A stretch of DNA of 63,363 bases, counting the filler, from Choristocarpus tenellus KU-1152 (Eukaryota > Protista > Phaeophyceae), in the NCBI GenBank assembly GCA_964200185.2. It is 9 parts of 9 records of this genome, joined end to end, with 100 filler letters (N's around TTAATTAATTAA, not from the genome) between each part and the next. Parts side by side here need not be neighbours in the genome. Positions count along the whole stretch, not along the records: positions 26,215 to 37,648 come from CAXNAD020002322.1; positions 37,749 to 44,652 come from CAXNAD020007097.1; 7 more parts are not named here. One strand, given 5' to 3'. Below, piece after piece: positions 26,215 through 41,876 of the stretch. The notes beneath the pieces are model-generated. The model made no database searches, had not been told where the DNA came from, and saw only the letters and a program-made list of their open reading frames with translations. The position numbers were made by a program, and so were the translations under genes. Positions within the stretch are counted from its first letter, which is position 1. The number at the start of each line of letters is the position of its first letter.

Positions 26215-26605
26215 ATGATTCAGCTGCTGCCAATGCCAAGGAATTTGTGTGTGCCAGGGGGGGGGGGGAATGGTCCATACTAGCTCTGTCTGTCTTGGAC
26301 TGGAAATTGTGGAAAATATTTATGTGACAACTAGACTTTTGGGGTTGTATGTATGTCTGAATGCCAAACAGCCTCTTGGATTTAAAAAAAAAATGTAGTA
26401 CAAACCAAACTCAATAGCTCTTCCTGGTTCGGAACCTAGGTTTTGCAAGCCCTGAGGCGAGTATCGCTGTGTTCCGCCACATCCTTGCAGGTCGTTTTGG
26501 GTGTGTCATCACATTCGCCAAACGATAGAGGATAGACACAAATCGGTCCCTGTACCCACCCCCTCCCCTCCCCGTACCATCGGGCTTCTGCTGTGATGCT
26601 ATCAG

Positions 26606-29134
<2,529 letters not shown>

Positions 29135-30499
29135 TTAGAGTAATGTGCCTGAGCGAATGCAGCCCTGGCCTCAGCAATCTAAGCCCAATCCGCTCTGAAC
29201 CCTGTTTAGGGGCCGATGTGTAGTGTTTGTGATGTTGATGTTGTAGCAGTGGAGAAAGAGGTAGAGGCAAGGTGTGACATTCTCCTTTTGTAGTGATGTG
29301 TTTATGAGTGATTGGATGATGGGTGTTGTGTTGTTTGCTGTGTTGAATTGTACGAAGCACTTGTTGAGCTAGTGGTGCTTCCTTTAGTGCAGAGAGTTTC
29401 AAGGTGTTGTGGTAGACGTTTTTTGCTGTGCTCCCTTTGTTCTTTGGAGGGGTAACGATCTTGACTGGAGTGTGTGGGTGTGGGTGTGTTTGCTGAGGTC
29501 TCCTGGAATTCAAGAGGTGATGGTGTTGTTCTACTGGTGGACTACGACTGTTGTTTTATACTTCCAGTTGAAGTTTGTTTTCTTTGGTTATTGTTGTGTC
29601 AAAGGGGTCAGTGGAACACGTCCACAGAGGTTACAAGCTTTGCTGATGTTACTGATGCCGTGTAGTGAGTGGTGTGGTCAACAGCATAGCAGAGAGGACT
29701 TGTGAAGGGTTAGGTGGCAGGGGGTAGCTGCCGAGAAACAACCAGCTTGTCTTGTATATCACATTCTGTGACGGTGTTCATTTGAAGAGCAAGCTCATGT
29801 TGTGATTGCTTTCCATGCAGTGGTGAAAATTGGTTTTAATAAGAGCGTCACCTGACTGCTGTAATGGGTGAGCTGGAGGTACATACCTATTGTGTACTTG
29901 TGAAGCCTTTGCGATATTCGTTCGGTTGTTTGGTGTGATTTAATTTGTCTTGGTTAGAGAGTGGGTGACTTGAGTAGTTTGGGGGGGGGGGGTATGTATC
30001 CTGATGTACTGGATGGAGTATTGAAGAGTAGAGCGGGAGTGAGTCCCTCAGTCATCCTCAATATTTCTCATACTTGCCAACATCCTGGTATGGGAAAGTA
30101 ATTGTTGCTTTTGTTTTGAGATGTGTGCTGAAAATGCCTTGGCTGGTCAGTGGTTCAATGCTGTTTGATAACTTTAGGTGCAAGCTTCCTGTCCCTCCTC
30201 TCTCCCCCCTGCAAACATGACGAGAAGCGCTTAGGCAAAGCATGGGGGCGCGTTTTTTGTGACAGAATTTGGCTTCAGCTTTCTAGAATGAATAGGAGTT
30301 GCAAACTGAAGGTTTGGAGAAGGAGTGCGATGAAGTTTTCTTATAGGTTATAAAGGAAAGTCAAGTTCATACAGTAAAGTTGACACTGTATCAAAGTCAA
30401 AGCATTGGTGAGTGTATTGCCTAGTTAATGAAGGCGAAGTCTCCTGCTGTGTGGCTGCTGCTACCTGGAGAGGTGGATAAGTGTATCTCTCCAATTTTT

Positions 30500-31170
30500 T
30501 TTGTTGGTATAGCTTGGTACAGCTGGTCTGTGCTTCCAATCAACCCAACAAGAAGGCGCCATTTTGGCTGTCATTTCTGGGCATGGTTGTTGGAGATGTT
30601 ATCGATCCAGTGGAGTATCCACTATGTTGTACTCTTGAGTATTATTGTAGGTGAAACATAAGGGAAAAAATGCTGCTTGTTTGAAACCACCTTGTCTCTC
30701 ATTTTTTTTGTACAAACGAGTATCATCAATAGAGTGCTGCCTACTTCAAACTACGTTAGGTACTGCAGCAGATTTAGTTATTTATTGAAGGAGTACTCGC
30801 ACTTACAGAGCCATTGCTGCCTGGTTGACGATAGATATTTGCTTACATCCCTAACTGAAGGTGAGGTAAGGAGTACATTTAGTATGTCCCTCCTGGATCC
30901 TGATGATACCATCATTGTTGACTGCTCTGTCTGACTGAGTAACTACAACATTCTTAATGGTCCAGGGTAATTGATTTTGAAGGACTTTTATTTAATAGCT
31001 CTGTTTGGAATTAACTGTAGTGTAACTGTTGCGAGCTCCGTTCTTGCCTGGAAATGATCCACGTAACAAGCCAAACTCGACAAGGCTTAGTTCTCACATA
31101 GGTTGAGAGGCGTGCAAAGTTTGAGATAGTGGACTGGCATGACTGTGGTGTGGAGGATCATCAATGCAAA
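30500..31170 (-). mobile_element. Highly degenerate Gypsy-like integrase remnant
   Basis: Across stops and frameshifts: VDF...YVDHF...PSKSITLD...YRQPGSNGSV, resembling VDF / VDRF / P..I.SD / YHPQSNG. Confidence 0.3.
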
Positions 31171-31833
31171 GTCCACCTAGTCACATTTGACAGGGTTCAA
31201 AAACCTAATGAAACTGTCAATGCAGGTGTTTATTGGGATGCCTAGGATGAAGGGGCCCCATATTGTTCAAGCAGCTCACTCATCCTTTCATTGCCCATCG
31301 GTCATACTTCTTCAGCTCAGAAGTCTGTCCAGGGTCAGGACTCAAACACCCCAACAAAGAAAAGTGTGGTGGCTCATTTTGGTAATGATTATGCTGGTAC
31401 AGATTATATCTAATGTGTGCATGCTGATCACACTAACCCATCCCCAACAGTCTTGCCTGCACCTATTTTTTCCAGGAACTATATTGGTTGGCAGTGTATA
31501 GTCAACCGTGTCATAAAGGCAGGGTATGAATGGTGGTGTTTGTTTCTGGTTGTGGTTTTCGATATTATACTCTGTTAGTACTTTGTCATTTACTGCTACA
31601 CACGTATGACATGATTTACGTGTGTATACACAGACATGCGAGGGAGCAGTATCCACCTGTCGCACATACTTCTATATTACACTGAATTGATAGTGGAACA
31701 CAGAGCCAATCTCACTCTCTTACCAGGAGGTGGGTCTGGTTGCGTCGATTGATAGACTCAAACAAATTATCTCGAGTGATCATCATGGTTACATACCTTT
31801 GCATTTGTTTTGGTATCAGTAGTAGTGGTAAAA

Positions 31834-31928
31834 GGGTCAAAGTATCTGGGGGGGGGGGGGTGGTTTGTGATGGGGCATCCGTTTCAGTCAAACAACTCTT
31901 CTTTTGCTGATATTTCAAATCCAACACA
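31834..31928. mobile_element. MITE terminus (GGGTCAAAGTATCTG + poly-G)
   Basis: Close reverse-complement match to 38450-38547 over about 95 bp. Confidence 0.7.
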
Positions 31929-34928
31929 ATGTACCTCTTAGGTTGGATGAACGTCATGTGAATGTATGTGCTTCTGTGTACAAAATTGTGTTTTATGTAT
32001 TATGTACGTAGTATGTGCTGTTTTACCACGAAAACTACCTCCCTCGTATATCATAGTCTTTCCTTGCTCTTACTGTTTTCTCTTCATCCTTATGGGGCGT
32101 GTTCCTCAGACTAGTGGTGTGTAACTTCTTTTGAGGAGTAAATCCATTGTGCACAGTGAATTTATGTTACATGCAGTTACACATTTTTGTAGTCGTAGCA
32201 GTAGCAGCTGCAGCAGCATCACTGTGTCATTCATTCATGATCACGTACTTGTTATGTTTGTGTCCCTTATGTTACACTGCATGTGCATGTACTACTTGCT
32301 ATATGTGTGTACCATGAAACATCACTCATGCTACTACAGGAACACTGCTACCAATAAATAGTATATTAATATCCTGCGTAAAAAAATATCGGTTGTTGGC
32401 GCTAGACCCTCCTGAGTCTCATTCATACCACCACCACAACTGCAACATCATCATCAACTCATTTCATTCTACATCAACATACAATGCTCTCGAGATTGTC
32501 ATAGTCATCATACTCCCTCTCCTAATTGTTGAACTAGCAGTACTCACAGTGGTACAAATTGGTCTATATCCATTCATATCTAATCTCACTGGGAATATCG
32601 CTGATAATTATGATCACACCTTTATCACAATTATTCTTCTGTTGCTGCTGTTCATGTTACCATAATTTTTGAAATCACCACTACCACTACTAATACCTGT
32701 AGTGCTACTACAAACAATAATACGTGATTACACAGACCATATGGAGAAAGATGGAGTGGGGGCAATGCACCAAACACACCCACACACATTGTGGTAACAA
32801 CTCTGGCAGACAAGTATATTCTCCTCTCCAACGTCCTCAAAAATGCCACGGAAAGGACACACACATGCACGATACTATACCAGATTGAGGCTTGTTTAGC
32901 TGAGCTCCATGCCAGGAAGAAATTCCAAGATAAACGAAAAATGACGATTTTGTTTCACCTCAAGAATTAGAAGCCTTGCACAAGTTTGAACTTTTGAAAA
33001 TCTTGTTTCTGGTCTTCAATGCTTTACTCTGGATTTTCACTCTCTGTTATGTGTGTACTACTTGTGTGTGGGAGGAGGAGTGCTGTTATGGGAAGGCATT
33101 ACCTGAGACAACTTTTGTCAATCCCTTCACTACACTTTTACGTGGTGGGTCAGAAAGGGATGCACAGAATAAAAATAAAATTATAGGTGGATCTCTACCT
33201 TGAGAGTCTTACCCATGTTTTTGTGACCCATTAAACAATCAGTGCACTTCAAGAAGAGTAAAGAGAGTTTTAGTGCATTCTTTATTGAACTACCTTGGTA
33301 AAAGTTTTCTCAATTTAGGCTCAGGGTTAGGATCACATAGTTGTTGAAGGTTCGTAGCTCTTTTGAGACTTAAGTTTGAGCATGAAAATTCTACATTTCG
33401 TTGTTTAATATTACCACAGAGGACAAAACAGCAGGAGGTGCTAGTTCAAACAATATCTGAACCATTTTCAGGTATGATGGAAAATGTGCACCATTCTTAC
33501 AGTCTTCAGAAAGATACTGTGGTGAGGGCACGACTGATCGAAATCAGAACCTGAGATGATTCAAATATCCTAGACTGAATCTAAGTATTTCTACTTGATG
33601 CTTGTCAAGTACTCAAAAGATAGGGTGCATGTACTGATGAGGGGATCTTGTAAGACAGAAGCTCACATCACTACAAAAAATAATGGTTATGCGAATAAAT
33701 ATTGAAGACATGGTATGTAGGATATTAGATGATGACATAAGAGTGCCCACACAAATCGGCAACCTAACAAATAACACCTAGAAGTTGTGCAGCCCTCAAG
33801 ATACAGTTTTGCTTGCTCCATCAGTTCCAGCCATACCAAATTCCTTGCACACAAGTTTCCCCACCAGAGCAGTTTCTTCTTGTACTGTGCGGCTAAAGGT
33901 ATATTTGTATGGGTTCACCTGCTGAATGATTCACTACTGAGCATTTTGAGGAGGATAGGTCAGTAAGATTGCTAGAATGAGGATCTGGCAACAGGATATC
34001 AGTTGGAGAGAAGGAAAAAAAAGCAGAGGCGACCCCATCAAATTTGGAGAAACTAAGAACAACCAAATTTGGAGTATAGTAGTATCACACCGAGAAATTG
34101 TGTCTGTCCTGACAATGGTTGTACATAGCACGCTGTAGGGCATAGTGTAGAAGAATACATAATTGAAGGCAAATCATATTTTCATAGAGAGAACTCTAAC
34201 CTTCTGGGAGACCTATGTAGTGTGTAAATGATACAGCCATAGAAATACCATTCTACAAAAGGGGAGAGAGATGAGAACTGTTCTTTCTTGATGAACACCC
34301 GTGGGTACAGACCCGTAGGGTGTAATGGGGTGAAGATATGCCCCCCACTCTTAGAGCAGCAAGACACTCAATAACATCACGGAACGTTCAAGTGTTTTGT
34401 CTCTTCTAGACCTCCAGTCTATACTTCAACACAACCCATAGACTTCCAATCAGGTAAAGATGCACGGGACTCTAACCACACACAATGCTGCCATTGTACA
34501 AGGCAATGAATCACTACAATATTACCAACCTGAATCGCCCAACCAGGAATGTGGGTCAAGAATGAAAGCAAGAGAGTCGACAGCATATATTTGCTGTGTA
34601 TCCTCTCCCCGTCATGAAAATGATATATCCCACTGAGCATAGATGAAAGGAGATAAGGAAAAGTAAGAAGATTAACATTAACAAGAACACCACATTACAT
34701 GAAGTGTTGCCAGATGTAAGACATAGAGGCCCCAACACACTTTCTTTACCTCACCACTTTTCGAACGAGCAAGTGTTCCAGATGCTTCAAAAGTAGATGC
34801 CTCCAACACGTCTTTCTTGTTCTGGTCATCAAAGTTGCTTGGAGCAAGATTGTTGTCGTCATACCACCCTTGGTATGACGCTCACGACAGGGTTTCATAC
34901 ATCTGTTTCTTAATTTGAAGTACAAAAG

Positions 34929-35810
34929 CTAACCATCTGTCGAAGAAGGCGGCCATCTGGACATGACCCAGTTCTCAAACCCCAGATCGACTCCATCTAC
35001 CACCACAGGTTGCTGGTCGAGAACTTTAAATCCCAGTCGTTCATACAGTCGCACAGCTCTGGTCTCCTGCGTGACAAGCAATGTCGGTCTCCCATCAAGG
35101 TCTGCGCGATCAAGGAAGTGTCTCATTGCAGCTGCCCCAATTCCCCGCCCTTGGACACCAGGGTCCACAGCAGCAGCATGTAAAGACCAAAACCCGTGTT
35201 TAAGACCCTCATGCCGTTCGATAGCTGAGGCTATAGCCTCATGTATAAAATCAACGAAGCCTAAGAATTTGGAGGTGGACTTCCAACCGATTCGGAACGG
35301 CATTTGCCATAACCCATGTCGCATCATTGCCCAGAAGGTTGGAACATTACTATCATCCCGTGTGCTATCCATAGGTGCGGAAAATCTAATGCGGAGCAGA
35401 AGTGGGGAGGAAGGGTCGAGCCTTGGATGAATCGTTCAGGAAATACAACAATCTTGCTTCAAAAGGGTGGAAGGGTCCAAGGTCACAAGAAAACAGATCC
35501 AAAGTTAGCTTGCTAGGGCGATCTCTGGGGCGTCATGAATTTATCACCCTTACCCGATGTGACCTAAGATCTCCTCGTTTCCACGGTCCAGCAAGGCGTA
35601 CGCAGACTCATCACCGTCGATCGCCAAACGACGCGGGAACAAATATCTAAGGAAGTGCCTCCTCTTCTCATCATCTTGAACCAACGCTTTGTAGACAGCA
35701 TTGTCTTGGAAAGAGTCGGCCAATATAGCTACTACGCTTGACTTCTCTGTAAGAGAGCGCTTTGACAACGACTCATAGTAGACATCGCGTTCCCCATCTT
35801 GCAGTACCAT
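34929..35810 (-). CDS. GNAT-family N-acetyltransferase, 2 exons (35810-35554, 35385-34929)
   Basis: Acetyl-CoA motif A AVDPGVQGRGIGAAAM and C-terminal AVRLYERLGF. In-frame 168-bp intron GG|GTAAGG...CATTAG. Start codon uncertain. Confidence 0.85.
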
Positions 35811-36159
35811 CCCACAGTTTTGTGACAACCCTGTAACTTACCCATCACTCTTCCATCTCTGAATTGCCATTTGTAAGAGTCATCTTCCATCTAAGGTATA
35901 CCTTTAAGGAGACCTATCTTTAAGATCTGTTGTTCATATGACACCTACAGGTTTGGAAGGGTGGTACGCAACACCCTAGGACAATGAAGGTCTAGGAAGA
36001 GAGGATATGTTTGTATACAGTGTCATTAAGCTCTGTTTAAACTTTAGTGGAAAACGAATCAGTACTTCCCAAGCTCTATGGTCTTCCCCTTAACCTGCAG
36101 GAAAGTCATTCCCTTGGCCACCAAAGAACCATCACATGCACTACTATCTGCCTATCCTC

Positions 36160-37188
36160 CTACGTCTTGTGCACTCCCATTATATTGTTATCGCCTAAGT
36201 GGTTCAACACAGTCTTGTACTGTGCAAAGAGACTCTGCCAGACCTTTTTATGGGTCTCAGTATCATACTCTTCGTATCTCTTCACCACAAATTGTGCCAG
36301 TTCTTCAATGTTGTCCGAGCGAAGGCACCCTGCCCTGGTCTGCAGAGAGAAGAAGATTCTGAGGTCCAGAGTGTTCAAATCCAGCGACTGGGCAGGTTGC
36401 TTGAGCACACATATTGAGAAGCCTCTTGCAGTGACCCAATCATCCACTGGTTTCTCAGCAGATTCTGTATGTGGCCTTACATTGTTGTCCTGAAGGAAAA
36501 CAATGTCCTGCTTTAACAGGCATTGGTGAGACACTAAAGCTGGCAAGACCTTCTCTGTGAGCATTTTCTCATAAACCTCACCAGTCATGTTGACAATCTT
36601 TGTCTCGATGGTACCTCGAGTGCGATTACAAGATGATTGTCTTGCTGCAACCCACTCTGTCAATGGTCAAATACCGGTCTTCCCATCCCACCAGGTACCA
36701 TCCTCCAAAACACGGGGGCGCGCGTTCGCAGTCAGAAACATCACTTTTGGAATGTGTGACTTGCTTGTGACGCAAGGACACTTAGGTGGTGCCTCCCCAG
36801 GCTTGTTGTAAACCCTTTGCCGTTCAGAAACCAGGTCAAACAATTTTTCATTGAGGTGGACACGGTCAAACATGGGCTCAAACACATGCCCCGTACCCTT
36901 TTTCAGGATGCTGCTCATGACAAAGGCCACCCTATCCACCTTTTGTTGGTCGGAAAGGAAGAGCTTGATGAATCATCGATAGGGTTTGACCCCCGTCTCC
37001 TCGATATACCTCCTTAACTTCCCTAGGGTGATTTTAGCCTTCGCAGTCCATCTCCTCTGACTGATCCGTTCCAACACATGGACTGCTTTAATTGCATCAA
37101 TACTGCCTTGCAAAATGGTTCTTGGTCGTTCATTGCGGCCAGAGGCTAAACACATGTTGTTGAAACCTGAATCGAATTCATCGTACAT
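36160..37188 (-). mobile_element. Tc1/mariner transposase pseudogene (plant/oomycete DD39D-like)
   Basis: MFDRVHLNEK, KSHIPKVMFLTANARP, WWDGKTGI*P, RGTIETK, LQDNNVRPH, QPAQSLDLNTLDL..FFSLQ. Internal stop and frameshift; TIRs not identified. Confidence 0.9.
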
Positions 37189-37648
37189 ATAAGCAAAATG
37201 TGTAAACTACGAGCAATGAGGAATCATGGTGTTGCAAAGCACTGAGTGATATTCATAGTCTATGTTATGGATAGATGTGATTGTGCTGCAAAGCACCAAT
37301 GTATGTATGTTACAGGCGCCCCAGAAAGCTTACCTCCCCAGGATGTATAGCTCCAATCTACGGTCTTATAGATGGTGCTGATGTACGTATAGGACTCCTG
37401 ATTCACAAGTCCTCAAGTATGCTGGATCTCTCACTTGGATTATCGTAAAAATCGTGGTATAAATAGGAACTGATCCACGATGTCTTATCACAATCGGGGA
37501 CCATAATGACCAAATAATATATAAATAATCAAGAAGTACAAATATATCAAATCTAGAACTTCAATGACATAATGGTGTTTATGAAACCACCATCAAGACA
37601 TATCGCCTGTGACATGCCCCTCTAGCATGAAGCATAACTGCTTCAATG

Positions 37649-37748
37649 NNNNNNNNNNNNNNNNNNNNNNNNNNNNNNNNNNNNNNNNNNNNTTAATTAA
37701 TTAANNNNNNNNNNNNNNNNNNNNNNNNNNNNNNNNNNNNNNNNNNNN
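37649..37748. other. Artificial contig spacer
   Basis: 44 N + TTAATTAATTAA + 44 N. Confidence 0.98.
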
Positions 37749-38177
37749 CAGTCAATTTCGGGTCAAGCCCATCCTCAATGAAAAGCTCCATCCTCAATTT
37801 TTGAAATCGGCTGTTCGTTCCTCTCATTCCAAGTCATCTTTTCTTCATTTTAGCTGTCGTTTGATTGGACTTTTTTTGTGAACGAACGACCAGGAAGGAC
37901 GTTGGAGTTACTATTGCTATATATTTTTGTACTGTTCTATTTTTTTAATATTTATAAAGTCGTCTTCGTTGCTGTTTGATGTTTCTTTATTTTTCGTTTG
38001 ATTCGGAATTGATTGCGCTAACTCCACTATTATTGTCTGGTTGAACTCGAAAGTATTACTCCTTTTTTATTTTTTGTAATTTGCAGTATGTATCTTTCCT
38101 CCTCTCCTCATGAAAAGTGCACTTACATTATCCATCGGATGTATGCAACCAAATCGTCCAAAGATCGCGACAGGGAA

Positions 38178-38547
38178 AAAATTGGTCCCAAATGGACGAC
38201 CTTCAGCCTCCCTCCAGATATTTTGAGTCTGATGTTAGCAGTATGCAGGGTGAATACGAAGTAGGTAACTTGGACTAACCTTATATATCCTCCATGTTTC
38301 AAAATGATTAACAATCTGAGAGAATGTACAGTAACAATAGTACACAACACATCAACAGAGCAAATGACCCAAGGGCTACACCAACGATGTCCGCGTCCGT
38401 TTTTCACCCTTTTTTCGATTTTCACTTTTTGGGTGTGATTTGGTCGCACGTGTCGGATTTGAAATGTCAGCAAAAAAAAAGAAGAGTTGTTTGACCGAAA
38501 TGGACGCCCCCTCACAAACCACCCCCCACCCCCAGATACTTTGACCC
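38178..38547. mobile_element. Two right-hand MITE termini (ending about 38229 and 38547)
   Basis: AAATGGAC...CCAGATA(T/C)TTTGA(GT/CC)C, same family as 31834 and 40456-40642. Confidence 0.55.
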
Positions 38548-39235
38548 ACTTGCTACTGTGTTACAATTGAATTGCTTTCATTGTGAGTTGGGGAGACAAA
38601 GGCAATTTGCCACTATCATTACACAAACGTATCGAGATGATAGAGCAATCATCCAGCCTTTGGTTTGACACATTACTACTTGCAATAGTCCTATCCCTGT
38701 ACTCTGTACATAGTGAGTACATTATTCTCACCTTACCACTGGTCATATGGTTGCACTACATTTAGTTCACTCAGAGCCATGGTTTGTTTGCTTATAGCTA
38801 TCATCGTTTTTAAAAATAGTTTTAACAATTGTGTCGTATCACAAAACAAAACACCACCACTCGAAAAATCTCATTTTATTCACCTCCGCCTCCCAGTACC
38901 TGACATCCCCGGCCTTGATGGATGATTAGGGAAGCCATCACAGCGGTTGCTTTGACACCCCTTACAATTTCTTCCTCTTACTCTACACACTACACAGTAG
39001 CACATGTGCCAACGAATTCCTCAAGCTAGCTATGACTCTTATCGGTCCTTCTTATTCAACAAAAAGGTGGTACTATTTCTGCCTGCCCAATAAGTCAGTC
39101 ATGCACGCAAGACGCATTAAAGCTGGAAGAGAATAATATGCCTTGCACCTCCTTTTCTTCAATTGAAACCCTTGTTTTTTATACCTCCCAATAACCATGT
39201 CAAAATGTAGTGACAATTAAATGTATGAACCATGG

Positions 39236-40954
39236 TCATCGTTGGTCCCTATTCGGTCCAATAGCCCCTCCTGTCTGAGATCTGGTTGGCTCATCCAAAA
39301 ACGAAACGGAACCTCCTCTAGAGACCGTGTGGTCCTCAACAAGCAACGTCCCTGATTTTGATACTAGTGGTGCAGGCAACCAGCTGTACTTCCAGTGTGT
39401 GTGATCCACTTTGCGCTCAATATCATCACTACTTCCTTTGCTCCTTAGCTCATGGGCGGTTATGGTTCCGGGTCTAGGGGGTGGTCCCAGTCTCTTGGAG
39501 GGTGGCCGGTTCTCAACCAGACGGACGGGGACTCCAGCCCATGCGTTCTTGTCTTGTTTGAGGGTCAGCCGATCTCGATCTGTCCTTGGTGGTAGGCACA
39601 ACTTGATGGTTCGAACACCTGCAACAAATAAAAATACGGATGGGACGAGCCTTCATCTTGTAATAGCAGCGCGCACATTAGGACCTATTCTATGGCACTA
39701 TCTGTGCACGCCACTTGGAACCTAAATGTAAAGTGGGTCTTGAGTCCAGAGAAGTGCAAGGGGATGCAGTCCTGGTCTGTTCTAAAAGTATCCCCAAAAT
39801 CATCAAAGAGGGTAAAAGTGATAAACCCGGCGAGATTGCTTGATGTCTGTAGAGTGATTGATTAAATAGAGGTAGGGCATGCAAGGCCCCATAAAATCAG
39901 GAATATTTCCTTCTATATGAGAAAAATTCTCATTCGACTAATCACTAGTAAAAGGTTCTGATAACTCAACCACTAATTGATTGTTCCATTACTCCATACA
40001 TATTTTACCGTAAGCTGTCCGATAGAGTTGGAAGAGTCCAATCGAACATGTGTGTGATGGTAACCTTTTGCACCTTTTATTTTTTTTTAAAGAGTCTTCT
40101 AGACAACGGTACCAATGAGTTCCCAAATTGTTGTCTTGCTTTGCAGTGCTCTGGAGCACTACAAGCCTTCGTGTGGTGCTATGTTTTGAATCACTGAAGT
40201 CAAAAGGTGAGTTCTCAAGATAGGTACAACAATACCCACCACGGTCCATCACTATGCGGAGTGAAAGTATCTTAGGGTTAGGGTACGAGTTTTGCCCTGT
40301 TTGTCCGTTTGGGGTTTGGCTTCCTGAGTTTTTTATGACATTTTCCTACCCTTCAAAACACCTACTGCACCTGATCTACTGACATACCCACTGAGGTGTC
40401 ACAGTTAGCAGTTGTATTCCTGGTTCAAGTTAATGCCATAATGTTATCTTGACTTGGCTCAAAGTATCTGTTTGGGGGGGGGGGGGGGGTGACCACCAGG
40501 GGGCCCATTTGGGCGATGACCGGGAAAAGGGCCATTACAGTACCCCTCCGGGGGANNNNNNNNNNTCAAATCACCCAAGAATTGCGGCATGGAAAAATGG
40601 GCCCCAAATGGACAGCCACCCCCCCCCCAGATACTTTAAGCTCTTGATGCATAACAGTTTCACCCGCTTGCCAATCAATAATCATTGGTAAAGTTTAGTC
40701 ATGAAACCTCCGCACATTACATGTGGCCTTCGAATCGTTTGGCCGCCATTACCGTCTGCTTTGATGTAGGGTACATGTACCCTTTTCAGACGCATCAGTC
40801 AATATTTTTTTTTTTTAAACGTTAGCAAACCTGAAGTGTTTCCCTTGGGGGGCGTCCACACGTGGTCCCACATCTTAGGTGGTGTTTCCACGTCGTAGGA
40901 AGGCATCCATCCGGTGTGAGAGAACTCGGTCCGACCCCAGACCCTGCGCTTGAT
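39236..40954 (-). CDS. Orphan gene, last two exons (40954-40831, 39618-39236)
   Basis: TTTTTACAG|IKRRVWGRTEFSHTGWMPSYDVETPPKMWDHVWTPPKGNTS joins in phase 1 to TTGTTGCAG|GVRTIKLCLPPRTDRDR...stop. The intron contains MITEs. Confidence 0.55.
40259..40360. mobile_element. Partial inverted copy of the 41269-41793 MITE terminus
   Basis: GAGTGAAAGTATCTTAGGGTTAGGGTACGAGTTTTGCCCTGTTTGTCCGTTTGGGG is nearly the reverse complement of 41728-41793. Confidence 0.75.
40456..40642. mobile_element. MITE with both termini (internal 10-N gap)
   Basis: GGCTCAAAGTATCTG + G-run ... C-run + AGATACTTTAAGCT; CTTG occurs at both junctions. Confidence 0.6.
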
Positions 40955-41268
40955 CTGTAAAAAAAAATATTTTAAAAAAAGTAAGAAAAAGAAAAAGCGA
41001 GGTTCGTTTGGAGCGGGTTTGTGAGTATGAGCGTACTTTGAGTTGGCTACCCAACTAGCCTCGTGTATAGAAGAGGTTCAACATTCAAGTGATGCGCTCG
41101 GTACACCCGATCTCTTAAGAATGTGGCACAGGAGTTTGCTGCCGTGATGAATATGGGGAGCACCCCCCGTTGATTTGACCCTGACTGCACCAAAGGAGAT
41201 TAGTAGGGATACTTTTTCGTCACCACAGTCCAACGAAGTCATCGCAATAAAACTGCATGGAGACAATT

Positions 41269-41793
41269 GAGCGAAAGCATTTCAGAGGGTAGAGTCGCGT
41301 CCGTTTGGGGACCAAAATCCAATGTCGCGATTTTGATTTATAATTGGCTATTGGAGCCAAAGTATCTTAGAGGGTAGAGCCTCGTCCATTTGGAGGTCAA
41401 AGTCTAATGTTGCGATTTTGATGTAATTTTGGCTATCGTGTTTGTTAGGAAGTGCCAATATCCATGTTTCGGACACGCCTTTTCATAACATACACATTTT
41501 ACCTACTCCTAAACATTTTGGAGTAGGAAAATGTCCTAAAAAACCCCATGGGATTCAAACCCCAAATGGACAAACAGGGAAAAACTCGTACCCTCTACGA
41601 TACTTTCACTCATCGTGTTTGTTAGGAAAGGTCATTTATCCTTGTTCCAGACACACCTTTTCATAACGTATACAAATTACTTACTCAGAAACATTTTGGA
41701 GGAGGAAAATGTCATAATATTCCCGTGGGAAGCCAAGCCCCAAACGGACAAATGGGGGAAAACTCCTACCCTAACCCTAAGATACTTTCACTC
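41269..41793. mobile_element. ~260-bp MITE (41354-41611) inserted into another copy of the same family
   Basis: GAG(C/T)(G/C)AAAG...CTTTCACTC termini. Inner copy flanked by ATTG/ATCG, outer by AATT/AGTT. Removing the inner copy restores GGCTATCGTGTTTGTTAGG. Confidence 0.8.
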
Positions 41794-41844
41794 AGTTGGT
41801 AGAGCTGTAATTCTCACACTCCCACACACACTCACTCCCACGCA

Positions 41845-41876
<32 letters not shown>

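Noticed and set aside
40259-41793. One 1.5-kb TIR element bounded by ~100-bp inverted repeats and capturing an exon
   Set aside because: No TSD (TGCG vs AGTT). The right repeat is already explained as the end of the nested MITE at 41269-41793, so the left one is an independent inverted fragment.
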